The notes beneath the pieces were generated by a model, which worked only from the letters and a program-made list of their open reading frames with translations, had not been told where the DNA came from and ran no database searches. Of a stretch of 64,000 bases of DNA, positions 44,055 to 60,000 are shown piece by piece. The stretch comes from Eledone cirrhosa (lineage: Eukaryota), in the NCBI GenBank assembly GCA_964016885.1, contig OZ024743.1, forward strand, positions 225,246,001-225,310,000, given 5' to 3'. Every line of letters begins with the position of its first letter. Position 1 is the first letter of the stretch. A program made the translations under genes and the position numbers.

Positions 44055-44195
44055 TCATTATTTTACGATCGTTTCTAGGACATATATGTGTTAGAATTGG
44101 TATGCATATTCAAAAGATCTATGTACAAAATTATACAAACTATCAAAGAGAATATACATACCTTCACATATATATGCTATCTTCAGAAATAATGA
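44055..44195 (-). ncRNA. Type I hammerhead with very long helix II domain (family B pLTR)
   Basis: TCATTATTT-CTGAAGA-~100 nt-GAAA-CGATCG-TA-AAATAATGA. Confidence 0.75.
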
Positions 44196-44441
44196 TGCAT
44201 ATTTATTGATAATAACAACAATTCAAAATTACAGGTCTGTTTGGGAACAGATTTTAAATAGACCAATGAAATACATAAAAATCCATCAAGAAAATACAGT
44301 TAGGTGTGTGTATATATGTATGTAAATCCGTTCACAGATGTGCACAAAAGTGTATGTTCATATGTATACGTATGTTGAAAAAGTGTATGTAAATATAAAA
44401 ATTTAGGGCTAATGTATCTGTATGTCTACAATCTACAGACA

Positions 44442-44510
<69 letters not shown>

Positions 44511-45136
44511 CACACACATACATATATACATATATATACATATATATACACACACATATACACATACATACACATACATACACACACACATACATATATA
44601 TTATTATTATAAATATATGGATATTGAGGCGCTCACATAAACACGCCCACACACTTACATTTAGATGCAGAAGTAAAGGAGGTAAGGGAGTAAGTAATTA
44701 AAGGAAAGTGTCAATCTCGACATACTTATAAAAATGTATCCATAAAATTAGAAATAAAAAAATTTTTTTATAGAAGGAAAAAACTCAAAAAAAGGGGAAC
44801 AAAAAAATATAGGGGGAGGGGGGGTACGTACATACACAGACGCGAATGTCTCACAAAAGAAATATAAAAAAAACATAAAAAAACATAAAAGAGACATAAA
44901 ATATACATGCTTATATACATACGCACATTTACACATCCATACGTTCGATACATACATACGTACACACACACACATACACATACTTAACCTCACGCATATT
45001 GACCTGTTTGTATGCATACACATAAAAATAAGTAAAACATATACCCATACATATAAATACACACCGATATATATATATATACATATACACACACACACAT
45101 ATACATATATATATATACACATATATATATATATAC

Positions 45137-45215
<79 letters not shown>

Positions 45216-45228
45216 CATATATATATAC

Positions 45229-45311
<83 letters not shown>

Positions 45312-45392
45312 AATACACAGTCAGACACATATGCACATATATACACATACATACACACATCTCTACAAATACATATACATACACACATACAC

Positions 45393-45428
<36 letters not shown>

Positions 45429-48400
45429 ACTCATACACACACATTTACATGCGCACATATGTATTTTTATACTCACATACAAACACACAAACATACATAC
45501 ACACTTACATACACATACATACATCCACGCTTACAAATACAAATAATTATTGGGGGGGGGATTAAAATTATTAGTGGGAAATAGTAAATATATAGGTTTC
45601 AAGGAACATAGAATATTAATCTGCAGTTAAATCATTATATGTGTTTACATAGTACACACACATATACATGCGCACATATTATTTTTATACACATACAAAC
45701 ACACAAACATACATACACACATACATACACATCCATACATCCACGCTTACAAATACAAACAATGATTGGGGGGGGGGGGATTAAAATTATTAGTGGGAAA
45801 TAGTAAATATATAGGTTTCAAGGAACATAGAATATTAATCTGCAGTTAAATCATTATATGTGTTTACATAGTTGTATCAGTTTTAGGAAATGGTATTTGT
45901 AAGAAAGAAGGCTAAATTATGTATTTTAATATAAGTAGAATATTAATTATAGGTTAACTAAAATAAAAATAGTTAATATATTAATTTCTAAGGTGTATAC
46001 TACTTAGGTTTATAATATTTAAAGCGGAATTTTGAAGTTAAACAGTAGTAGAGTATTAATTATAGCATAACTAAATTAAAAATAATTACATATATTAACA
46101 TGATGGTATCAATTTTAGGAAATGAATTTTGTAATAGGGAAAGCCAAATTAAGTATTTCATCGGTAGTAGAATATTAATTATAGGTTAACTAAATTAAAA
46201 ATCATATATTAATTTCTATAGTATATGTTAATTAGGTTTATAATAATTAAAGCAAAATTTTGTATTTTATCTATAGTAGAATTTTAATTATAGGTTAACT
46301 AAATTAAAATTAATCTATATATTAATTTGTAAAGTGTATATTAATTAGGTATATATTTAAAAGTTTTTCTCAGTTTATGATTACACGATATTCTGCAATC
46401 CATCTGTATTAGAATTTTAATTATAAGCTAACTAAATTAAAATTATAGGTTAACTAAATTAAAATTAATTTATATATTAATTTCTAAATTGTATATTAAT
46501 TAGGTTTATAATATTAAAAAGTATTTCTCCGTTATTAATTACACGATATTTTGTTGTATTTCATCTGTAAAAGAATTTTAATAATAGGTTAAATAAACTA
46601 AAATTAATCTATATATTAATTTCCAAAGTATATATTAATTATGTTAATAATATTTAAATGTTTTTCACAGTTTATGATTATACGATATTTTTTAATTTCA
46701 TCTGTAGTAGAATTTTAATTAAATTAAAATTATAGGTTAACTACATTAAAATTAATTTATATATTAATTTCTAAAATATATATTATTAATTAGGTTTATA
46801 ATATTTAAATGTTTTTCTCAGTTTATGATTACACGATATAATTAATTCCTGTCGCTTATTTAATAGGATATCCTTAGATTTCATTATTTCAAATAGTTCT
46901 TGGGAACACAATCTACATTCATTTCTATTATTTTGATAAGGGGTGGCTCTTTTGAGCACACTCCAGGTCATATCATATTCTATATTCTTATTTCTATAAC
47001 TATTAATTTTTTCTGCTAGAGATGTTGTATTAGCCAGTGCGGCATTTTTAAAACTATGTTTGTGGGTATTAAACCTTACCTTAAAATTGTTAGAAGTAGC
47101 TCCTATATATGAGCAAATAGAATCCTTAGTTTTAACTTTACATTTATAAACTATGTTGTTAACAAGACAATTTCCTTTTAATGGGCAGTTTGCCTTGTTT
47201 CTACAGTTACAACCTTTCGTTAATTCTGTATTTGAGGAGATATGGTTAATTTGATGTATTGGTGGTATACTTATGGTTTTTTTACATTTATATGCATTAT
47301 AGGCACTTATATTTTGTTTTATGTTTTTGGTTGTTGAGTATGAGAATTTAACTGTTGATCTATTTAAGATTTGATGGTATTTGTGGTTTGGCGGGAAGTT
47401 TTTCTCTAGGATATTAAACAATTTTTTAGGTATATTATCCTTAATTTGTAAATTAAATGGAGCATTATACCAAGTAACTCGTCTATTACGGTTTCTATGT
47501 TGTTTATTGTTTTTATAGGATGCATCCTGATGTTTACTAGGAGGATTAATGTTAATGACCTCACCACGCACATTTTTAGTTAGATTTATTGATTTAGGTG
47601 TTTTAGCTTGTTTATTAGGAGTTTTATTATTAACATTTATTAGAGTTGTATGATGAGTAGTTTTTTGAGAGTTACTATACTTTATATTAGAGGAGTTAGA
47701 GAAATTTGGTTTTATGTTGGTATTTTGGGGTATAGTGTGAGTGGCATTTAGGTGTGTACTTTTCATTTGGTGTTTGTTGGTAATATTAGGTTGTATGTTT
47801 ATAGTGTTATTAGTAGAAGGTATATACTCCAATCTATTTTTGTGGCCACTTCTATCTAGAGCTTCGTTATAGAAGGTCGCATTTTTATCAAATACATCTT
47901 GGTTAGACGAAAGGTTAGAAATTCTAAGTGATATATTATATGCAAGGTTTTTAAGGATAGATTTAGGGTGATTAGATTGTGAGTGTATGTAGTGTAAGTT
48001 TTGGTTGGGTTTATGGTAAGGTTAGTAGATACCCGTAGACAAGTCTAAAGTTATATCTAGGAAATTAACTACTTTACTTGTGTTTTCAAAAGTAATATCA
48101 AGACTATAATAGTCTTTAAGGAAAGTTCTAATAAGCTTTTTGTTTTTTTCTATTCCTGAGAGGCTAAGGTTGTTGGAAAGAAGAAGACAGTCATCACGAT
48201 ATAAACCACCTTTAAGGTGGGGAAAGGAAGCATTTATGTTAAAAAGAAGAAAGAGGCCCACAAGATCAGTAATTTGGGCAGAATCGCTTGAACCCATAGT
48301 AATATCAAATAGATTACTATATGTGTTTCTGGTCCAGTATTCATTCTGAAATTCAATAAGTGTTAGTCTAGCATGTGTAATAATATTAATGTCATCCAAA

Positions 48401-48534
48401 GTTAAGTTAGATCTATTTTTAGCAAATATCCATATATTTATAATAATAATATATATGTATGTGTGTGTGTATGTATGTGTATATGTGTGTGTATATATAT
48501 GTATATATATGTATATATGTATGTGTGTGTATGC

Positions 48535-48606
<72 letters not shown>

Positions 48607-48852
48607 TGTCTGTAGATTGTAGACATACAGATACATTAGCCCTAAATTTTTATATTTACATACACCATTTCAACATACGTATACATATGAACATACACTT
48701 TTGTACACATCTGTGAACGGATTTACATACATATATACACACACCTAACTGTATTTTCTTGATGGATTTTTATGTATTTCATTGGTCTATTTAAAATCTG
48801 TTCCCAAACAGACCTGTAATTTTGAATTGTTGTTATTATCAATAAATATGCA

Positions 48853-48993
48853 TCATTATTTCTGAAGATAGCATATATATGTGAAGGTATGTATATTCTC
48901 TTTGATAGTTTGTATAATTTTGTACATAGATCTTTTGAATATGCATACCAATTCTAACACATATATGTCCTAGAAACGATCGTAAAATAATGA
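48853..48993 (+). ncRNA. Same hammerhead in the inverted pLTR
   Basis: 9-bp helix I, CTGAAGA at 48862-68, GAAA at 48973-76, palindromic ACGATCGT. Confidence 0.75.
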
Positions 48994-49189
48994 ACTTTTT
49001 TTGTTTAATATAAGGAACTGTTTCTTTGTTTATTCATTATTTTTTTAATAATTTATCTTGACTCTGTATTCCGTTTATCTTTCACCGAAAGTGATTTTTG
49101 AATGCATCTCTTCTTTTCATGATATCCGGATTACATTGAGTTCTTCATACGGATTGGACACTACCGTAAACTTTTGGTAGATTTATCTA

Positions 49190-51126
<1,937 letters not shown>

Positions 51127-51212
51127 GAAAAATTGAACAGGGACAGAACAGAGAGGCAGTACGATAAATGTTTATTAAATTCACGCTCAGGAGAGTGGGG
51201 GGTAGGTGGAGG

Positions 51213-51245
51213 ACGACGTTTCGGGCATAAGCCCTTCTTTAGGTG
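51213..51245 (-). ncRNA. Minimal PLE-type hammerhead with G5A core mutation, in orphan pLTR 51124-51437
   Basis: AC-CTAAAGA-aGGGC-ttat-GCCC-GAAAC-GTC-GT. Confidence 0.55.
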
Positions 51246-51435
51246 AGAGTACAAAAGGTGTGTAGGGGAGTGGTGGAGAGACATATAGCGAAAGGAAACG
51301 GTGCGAATGAAAAATTAACAAATAAAGACAAAAATATAATAAATAATAAATAAAAATTAAGCATGATCAAAATACAAGGAATGAGAAAATTTAAAAATAA
51401 AGGCATGATCAAAATAAACTGAAATAAAAGGGGGG

Positions 51436-51468
<33 letters not shown>

Positions 51469-51472
<4 letters not shown>

Positions 51473-52358
51473 GTGCAGACGATATTTATTCGTAATTTTC
51501 AACTGCTAATTTTATGCAAATTTTTTTTACTTCTGTTGTCAATCTTGTCTTCATAAAAACAGTGACTATATTTCCATTATTTATTTTCAGAATAATTGAT
51601 TATGAATAATTTTGAACCTTCAAATTTGTGGAAGAGACACGGAGTTCTTCTTGGAATCTGCGTCGGGAGGACAAATAAGGAAATTTCAAAACTTTCTCAG
51701 CATCAGCAGGAGAATGGTGGAAAAGGTCAGCAAGGAATTGGAAGATTCAGGATTCGACTACGAAGCAAAATCAGAGAGGAAAACACATGATCGACGATAT
51801 GATGTCTTCAGAACGCCCGAGTTCTTCCCTGAGGGCCTCAAGCTGAACACCGATGGTTACATCCGCGCTCTGAGCGAGGTAGTAAATCCCTGGATCGACC
51901 AGGTAGCTGCAAGTAGGCCGTACGTGTGGCAGCAAGACTCAGCGCCCTGCCATACCAGCCGAAAGACCCAAGCCTGGCTGTCAGAGAACTTCGTTGACCA
52001 CACTTCACCTGCCATCTGGCCTCTCAGCTCGCCTGACTGCAACCCCCTCAACTTCTTTGTGTGGGGCGCAGTGGAACGAGACACCAACAGATCTAGCTGC
52101 AATACGAAAGCCGATCTGAAGGCCAGGATCACAAGTGCCTTTAGGGGCCTAAGTCGGGGGACAGTGACGAAGGTCTGTAGCCGGTCCGAGGCCGCCTTGA
52201 GGCCGTCATCAAAGCTAATGGCAGGTTTATCGAGTGAGATTGAAAGAATAAGTCATGAAGACAAACTGACCCAATTTTGATGAATAAATCTTAAAAAATA
52301 AAACTACTGTGTTATTTTTTCCTAGACAGTAATGTTGTGAACAAATATCGTCCGCACC

Positions 52359-52361
<3 letters not shown>
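51469..52361 (+). mobile_element. Internally deleted Tc1/mariner (DD37D/maT-like) DNA transposon
   Basis: TIRs CAGAGTGCAGACGATATTT.TTC / GAACAAATATCGTCCGCACCCTG, TA flanks; QQDSAPCH..WPLSSPDCNPL(N) with 37 residues between the second and third acidic positions (third is N). Confidence 0.85.
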
Positions 52362-52394
<33 letters not shown>

Positions 52395-52904
52395 TACAAG
52401 CTATGTATAATGAAACAGTCAGTAAGGTTAGAATTAACAATGAATATTGTGAAGAATTTATATATATATGTATATATGGTGGCTGCCAACTCGTTTTCGA
52501 GTACGGCCACTACTTTATATCCATGTAGGAGAACCCCCACCGATGCGCTGAACGAGTCTGACTTTTTAGTCCAGCCAGCGACTTGAAAACTCTGGTACAA
52601 ACACTACACTTGTGACAATTATTGACACATAGTGCTGGGTGCATGGTACCATGTAACGACAAGTGCAGAGAGATCTCCAGATATAAAGCAATGCCTGTGC
52701 CGTGAAGCTTTTATAGTGAGCAAAGGCACTGCACAAAGCCAGTCCCATTCTCTTAACCAAGATGATATTTACCAAAAAAGAACAAGTCAACATCATTGGA
52801 TACCATCAGGGTTGCAGGTGTTATATATATGCATATATATGTATATATATATGCATATATATATATGCATATATATGTATATATATATATGCATATATAT
52901 ATAT

Positions 52905-54079
52905 GTGACAGTAATATCTGCATACGCGCCCCATCCGGACTGCCTGGCGTAATAAAAGACAGATTCTATGAGACACTGATGCTCACTACCTCCCAAATAA
53001 CCGACAGTGACTATATAATTATTGCTGGCTACCTAAATGGCCACGTTGGACAACATTGTGACGGCTATGACGGAATCCACGGAGGCTATGGGTTTGGTAC
53101 TAGAAACGAGGAAGGCTTCAGAATCCTGGAATTCTGTGATGCAAACAACCTAACTATCTGTAACACTAACTTCAAAAAACGAGACAATCACTTGATCACC
53201 TACAGATCAGGTGAACATACCAGCCAGGTAGATTATATCCTTACCAGAAGACGTGACAGAGTGTCTGTTGTAAACACGAAATCCCTCCCCCATGAAGAAT
53301 GCACCTCCCAACATAGACTGATAATTAGCGACCTCATAGTCAGGACGAGACGTACTAGACAGCAGAAGAGGACTATCCTCAGGAGAAAAATATGGAAGCT
53401 AAAGGATCCCACAGCCAGAAATAAATTTCAAAGCATATTACTTGATGCTTTCGAAAGTAAGGAAGAGCAATTAGAGTCGTACAAGGTAGAGGAACAGTGG
53501 GAATTCCTGAAAGCAAACCTGCTGATGGCGGCAGACGAACTCTGTGGCTAGAGCAGGCCTGTAGGCAGGAGGAGAGTAACATGGTGGTGGAACAGTAAGG
53601 TGGAGGGGTCAATCAAGGCCAAAAAGCAGGCTTGGAAAGCATGGCGGGATGGGGGAAGTAGAGAAGACTATCAAGTGGCCAGGAGGAAAGCTAGGAGACA
53701 AGTGTACTTCGCAAGAAGGGAAGCAGAGGAAAGAAAGTTCAAGCATGTTCTACAACGCGAGGACCAAAAATGTGAGGTGTTCAGGAATGCTAGGCAATGT
53801 TTCAAGGAAAACCGTGATATTGTCGGGGAGAAGTGTGTACTTAACGATGATGGCGTACTTGCCATCACTGACGCTGATAAGAAGGTAGCTTGGAAGTGTC
53901 ACTACGAAAGGCTACTAAATGAGGAGAATAAATGGGAGAAAGACAGTCTCCCCCACATCGACCCAATAGAGGGACCAGCAGTGTTAGTCGAAGGTAGTAT
54001 AATAAGTAAGGCAATCAAAGATATGAAGACGGGTAAGACGGCTGGGCCTTCGGAAATAGTTGCTGAGATGCTGAAAGCA
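52905..54079 (+). mobile_element. Internal RTE LINE fragment (APE C-half and linker)
   Basis: Collinear with 20288-21460 (ISAYAP, GYLNGHVG, QVDYIL, SQHR, GPSEIVAEMLK); small RT piece at 52393-52460. Confidence 0.9.
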
Positions 54080-55430
54080 TTGTTATTTTAAAAAAAATAT
54101 GATTGTATCATTAAATGCCTCATTATATGTTCTATCAGTAGTTAAATTTTCATTACCCTAACTTTATTAAAAATACCTAAAACCGCATTTTTCCTAATGT
54201 GTTGTAAACTTTTGCGGGGCACTGTATATATATATATATGCATATATATATATGCATATATATATATATGCATATATAGATATATATATATGCATATATA
54301 TATATGCATATATATATATATAAATATATATATATATATGCATATAGATATATATATGCATATATATAAATATATATATATAATATATAAGAACAAAAGA
54401 TGGTTAAAAGTGATCCATGTATTTTATTATGCGCATTTCAAAAACAAATATCATCATGCAATAATATTTGTGTTTTCATCAGATAAAACAGGAAGACATG
54501 ATATGAAGGTTAAAAAACACTTGTGGATAGTGCAGTTTTAAATCAACATATGAAAAGTAGTTTTAGATTGATGTGTGATATTGGGAAAAATATTTATTTT
54601 GAGGGGGGGGGGGTGAAAAAGAGGAGGAGATGAGAGTAAAAAGTGGAGAGGGAGGAGTATAATGAGGAAGGATGAGATAGGAGGAGAGATGGGTGATAGA
54701 GAGAGAGAGATTGCTTTTATAACTGAGAAAGATATATTGTTTTACATAGAGAGGTTGAAAACCGTTGGAAGATAATGTATAAATTAAAAGAATTTGAAAA
54801 TTAACTAAGAGAAAAATAATGTAAAGTTAAGGTTTGTATATTGAGGGGTTTAATAATATGTGCGATGAAAAGAAAATGTTAATATGTATTAAGAATAATA
54901 TTTAAGGGTTTAATAACATGTGCGATGAAAAGAAAATGTTAATATGTATTAAGAATGATATTAAGGGTTTAATAATATGTACGATGGAAAGAAAATGTTG
55001 ATATGTATTATTAAAAAGAATAACAGGTAATTTAAGTAAGGATATATTGTGAGATGAGCATGAATGAGTTAGATGAAAGGGAGAAAAAAATAATGAATTG
55101 AGGATGAATAATCTAACTTCAAAAAAATGTTTGTTTACAAAGGATTTTTACAAGGTGATATAAAGTAAGAATGTATTGTATTATGTAATAATTGATTCTA
55201 TGTTAGGCAACAGTGAGAAAAGGTACAGATTAGGGGTTAGACATTAAAAGAAAAAGAGAAGAAAGGAAAGTGATAAATAGGAGCGATATATAGAATGAGT
55301 AACAAGTATTATAGAATGTATAATAACCTTTGAAATAAGGTAGAAAGATGGGTATATTTTTAAAGAAGTGTATATATATATATGTGCCTTTGAGAAAAAG
55401 ATTCTAAATTGATAAAGAATATTAGCTGTA

Positions 55431-56670
55431 TTCACATATATATCGCTATTTCAGAGCATTTATTCCAATTTCTAATTTCTGCCGGACCGGCAACCGCTCT
55501 TTCAAACCAGTTCCTGTACACAGCTAAGTATTCTATAAGTCTCTAGCTGTGTCATTCTCGATAAAAGCACTGGATATGTAGTCCTGATGATTTCTAACAA
55601 GAATGAAACGCGTAGATTACTTCCCTTGCTTTTATCGAGAATCTAATTGTAATACGTGACGTATTCTATTCTATAGCGATTAGGTCTTCAAAATGTTTAT
55701 TATAAACATACAGAATATTTTCGAATATTCTATGTCTATATTCACATATATATCGCTATTTCAGAGCATTTATTCCAATTTCTAATTTCTGCCGGACCGG
55801 CAACCGCTCTTTCAAACCAGTTCCTGTACACAGCTAAGTATTCTATAAGTCTCTAGCTGTGTCATTCTCGATAAAAGCACTGGATATGTAGTCCTGATGA
55901 TTTCTAACAAGAATGAAACGCGTAGATTACTTCCCTTGCTTTTATCGAGAATCTAATTGTAATACGTGACGTATTCTATTCTATAGCGATTAGGTCTTCA
56001 AAATGTTTATTATAAACATACAGAATATTTTCGAATATTCTATGTCTATATTCACATATATATCGCTATTTCAGAGCATTTATTCCAATTTCTAATTTCT
56101 GCCGGACCGGCAACCGCTCTTTCAAACCAGTTCCTGTACACAGCTAAGTATTCTATAAGTCTCTAGCTGTGTCATTCTCGATAAAAGCACTGGATATGTA
56201 GTCCTGATGATTTCTAACAAGAATGAAACGCGTAGATTACTTCCCTTGCTTTTATCGAGAATCTAATTGTAATACGTGACGTATTCTATTCTATAGCGAT
56301 TAGGTCTTCAAAATGTTTATTATAAACATACAGAATATTTTCGAATATTCTATGTCTATATTCACATATATATCGCTATTTCAGAGCATTTATTCCAATT
56401 TCTAATTTCTGCCGGACCGGCAACCGCTCTTTCAAACCAGTTCCTGTACACAGCTAAGTATTCTATAAGTCTCTAGCTGTGTCATTCTCGATAAAAGCAC
56501 TGGATATGTAGTCCTGATGATTTCTAACAAGAATGAAACGCGTAGATTACTTCCCTTGCTTTTATCGAGAATCTAATTGTAATACGTGACGTATTCTATT
56601 CTATAGCGATTAGGTCTTCAAAATGTTTATTATAAACATACAGAATATTTTCGAATATTCTATGTCTATA
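55431..56670 (+). repeat. 4 tandem copies of a 310-bp hammerhead-containing unit (non-LTR retrozyme)
   Basis: TTCACATATATATCGC at 55431, 55741, 56051, 56361; TSD ATATTAGCTGTAT at 55419-55431 and 56668-56680. Confidence 0.9.
55578..55620 (+). ncRNA. Minimal type I hammerhead (repeated at 55888, 56198, 56508)
   Basis: GTAGTC-CTGATGA-tTTCT-aaca-AGAAt-GAAA-CGCG-TA-GATTAC; 16-bp outer helix 55554-55569 / 55627-55642. Confidence 0.85.
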
Positions 56671-58543
56671 TTAGCTGTATACTTTGTGGAATGTTTTGTG
56701 GAATTTATGCAAGCAGATAGAAAACAAGTCAGTGCGTCTATTTATTATAGAATCTAAATTAGATATAATGGTAAATTTTTCATTTAGACAGAGATTGCAA
56801 ATTTTGGATAGAGAACTGTTCAAGTATGGAGACGCAGCAGAAACCTTCTTCCAAAAGATGCTATATTTAATATTTTTTGTATTTCAAGGACCATATGAGC
56901 TCTTAGAGAGCCGTGTTGGTTCTTTTAAGTTTGTATTTAAAAGACGAATGATGGTTATAAAGACGAGCTTTAAAAGAGGTGGAAGTGGAGCCAAAATAGG
57001 TGAAGGAATTGGTGTCAGTTATAACTTTACATTCGTAAATTAAGTTTTTATCAAGACAATGGTTGTTGAGAGGACATTTATTTTTAACAGGGCAATTGCA
57101 ATTGTGATTAGAGAGATTATTAACGAGTGACCTAGTGTTATCTATAGAAGGAATTGGATTGGAGAAGTTATTTGCGATAGGAATAATAGTTTCTTGATTT
57201 AGAATGGGATTAAGAACATTTAGCGAAGTTGTGTTTGACGTTGTATTTGGGTTTGCAGAAATTAGCCTAGGGTTTACAATGACGTCGGGAGTACTATTAC
57301 TATTATTATGATATTCAGTGTTGGAAGGAAGAGATTTAGTATTTAGTATTTTATTGTTGTGTTTAGAGATAATGTTGGAAATGTTGGAGGATGTAGAATA
57401 GGAACATTTTATAGTGTGTTTGTTAAATATTTTACTATAGATATGTGAGGGAGGGAAGCATTTATTTAAGGCACTAAAGAATAATTTAGGAATATTGTTA
57501 TTAATAGAGATGGAGAAAGGAGCATTATACCAGATTATGTTTTTGTATCTAGGTCTTTTATTAAAGTTATTGGAATGATCATGATTAATTATTCTACTGT
57601 AAGATCTTCTAGAATTTGTTTCTTTACTATATTTGATTTTATCAGGATAGCCGGCTTTAGAAAGCGCGTTATTATAGTAATTGGCGTTAGCATCAAAGAT
57701 GTTTTTATTAGAAGATAGGTTAGATATTCTTTTTCCAATATTACTAACTATAGCATTCTTGATATTAGTAGGATGGTTAGATTTAAAGTAAACATAATTT
57801 AGGTTCTCATTGTTTTTATGGTAAGGGTAATATAGGCCAGTGTCAAGATTAAGAGATACATCCAAGAAATTAGCTAGTTTGATGCTGTTATCAACTTCAA
57901 TTTTTAGGTTATGTTGGTTAAAGAGATTACGTATATTGTTCTTAATAATATTAAGGTTAACTATGTTGCAATTTAAGATAGTAAAGAGTCCATCGTCACG
58001 ATAAATTCCACCGCGAAGTTGAGGAATTTTTTCTCTTCGTTAATTTTCAAATTCTTTTAATTTATACATAATCTTCCAACGGTTTTCAACCTCTCTATGT
58101 AAAACAATATATCTTTATCAGTTATAAAAGCTATCTCTCTCTCTCTATCACCCATCTCTCCTCCTATCTCATCCTTTCTCATTATACTCCTCCCTCTCCA
58201 CTTTTTACTCTCATCTCCTCCTCTTTTTCACCCCCCCTCAAATTAAATATTTTTCCCAATATCACACATCAATCTAAAACTACTTTTCATATGTTGATTT
58301 AAAACTGCACTATCGACAAGTGTTTTTTAACCTTCATATCATGTCTTCCTGTTTTATCGCATGAAAACACAAATATTATTGCATGATGATATTTGTTTTT
58401 GAAATGCGCATAATAAAATACATGGAACTCTTTTAACCATCTTTTGTTCTTATATATTATGTATACTCCAGTCCTACAAACTGTAGAGTGCTTCTTATCC
58501 TATATCTGCATTGCTTTATTGTACTACAATAAAACTCACCTCC

Positions 58544-58589
<46 letters not shown>

Positions 58590-58615
58590 TATATATATAT
58601 ATATATATATATGCA

Positions 58616-59175
58616 TATTACATGTTATCCATGTGCAACCAGCAGTATTCTTCTCCCCATTTTTTCACATATATTTACCTAAACTGCGATTCTGTTTTTT
58701 TCTCTCTCTCTCTTACTGCTCCCTCTCTCTCTGTTTCTCCTACTTTCTTTCGCCCCCTCTGTCATGTCAGTTAACTCTTCCTCACAATTCCACTCACTCA
58801 ATCACTGTTTCTCCTCTTCTCACTTCACCCCGTTCGCGACGAAATCATTTTCTCTCTTTCTCACATTTGAATTCGCTCCTGAAAGGTCTTTTTTCTAAGC
58901 GCTCATATATTCACCTAGCTTATGCTAACAGAATAACTATGAAGCTTGTTCCCTTCCTTCTACGGTTAGCTATCCTTTTTGTTGTTATCTTGTTTCACTC
59001 GCTTTACGCGTTTTAATTGTCCTAATAACTTAATTTAGTTATTATTGCACCGACGTGAGGTATATGATTTTTAATGCAATGAAATATCTATGATCGTTGG
59101 CAAATCACTGATGAGGGACTTATTTTATTACATGTTATCCATGTGCAACCAGCATTATTCTTGTCCCCATTTCTT

Positions 59176-59180
<5 letters not shown>
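58616..59180 (+). repeat. 510-bp unit with ~55-bp terminal direct redundancy, containing a permuted HHR
   Basis: TATTACATGTTATCCATGTGCAACCAGCA at 58616 and 59126. Confidence 0.75.
59019..59119 (+). ncRNA. Non-circularly permuted (pseudoknotted) hammerhead candidate, copy 2
   Basis: AGGTA-T-A|TGATTT...GAAA-TATCT...AAATCA-CTGATGA-gGGAC; covaries with copy 1. Confidence 0.7.
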
Positions 59181-59217
<37 letters not shown>

Positions 59218-59278
59218 TAACAGATTAAAGTTTAAGCAAAGAATCGCTTTGGATTTTAGTCTTCAAATTTATTATTAT

Positions 59279-59323
<45 letters not shown>

Positions 59324-59327
59324 TGAG

Positions 59328-59374
59328 ATTCTACAGGACTAGAACTGTTTCATTCTTTAGAAATCATCAGGAAT
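59328..59374 (-). ncRNA. Type I hammerhead in fold-back pLTR (59318-59500)
   Basis: Minus strand ATTC-CTGATGA-tTTCT-aa-AGAAt-GAAA-CAG..CTG-TA-GAAT; the plus arm restarts at TGATGA (59375). Confidence 0.7.
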
Positions 59375-59547
59375 TGATGATTTCTAAAGAATGAAACAGT
59401 TCTAGTCCTGTAGAATCTCATCTATATTAAAACTTTTATGCTCTGCAATGTATTGAGTACCTTACTTACTGTGGTTACCTCCGATTCAACCCGGAATAAC
59501 GTATATATATATATATATATATATATGGATATATATATATATATATA

Positions 59548-59781
<234 letters not shown>

Positions 59782-59895
59782 TATATATATATATATGCAT
59801 ATATATATATATATATATGCATATATATATATATATATGCATATATATATATATATGCATATATATATATATATATATATATGCATATATATATA

Positions 59896-59933
<38 letters not shown>

Positions 59934-59943
59934 TATATATATA

Positions 59944-59981
<38 letters not shown>

Positions 59982-60000
59982 TATATATATATGCATATAT

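Larger units (their letters stand above)
54383..58545 (-). mobile_element. PLE family A copy 2 (-, 54383-58033) with inverted pLTR tail (+, 58030-58545) and a nested 310-bp array
   Basis: ORF 56903..57865 closely matches 41117..42322; retains KIPQLRGGIYRDDGL at ~57985-58030; intact pLTR HHR at 54420-54490 (-), mutated core (CGCATGA) at 58350-58420 (+). Confidence 0.9.
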
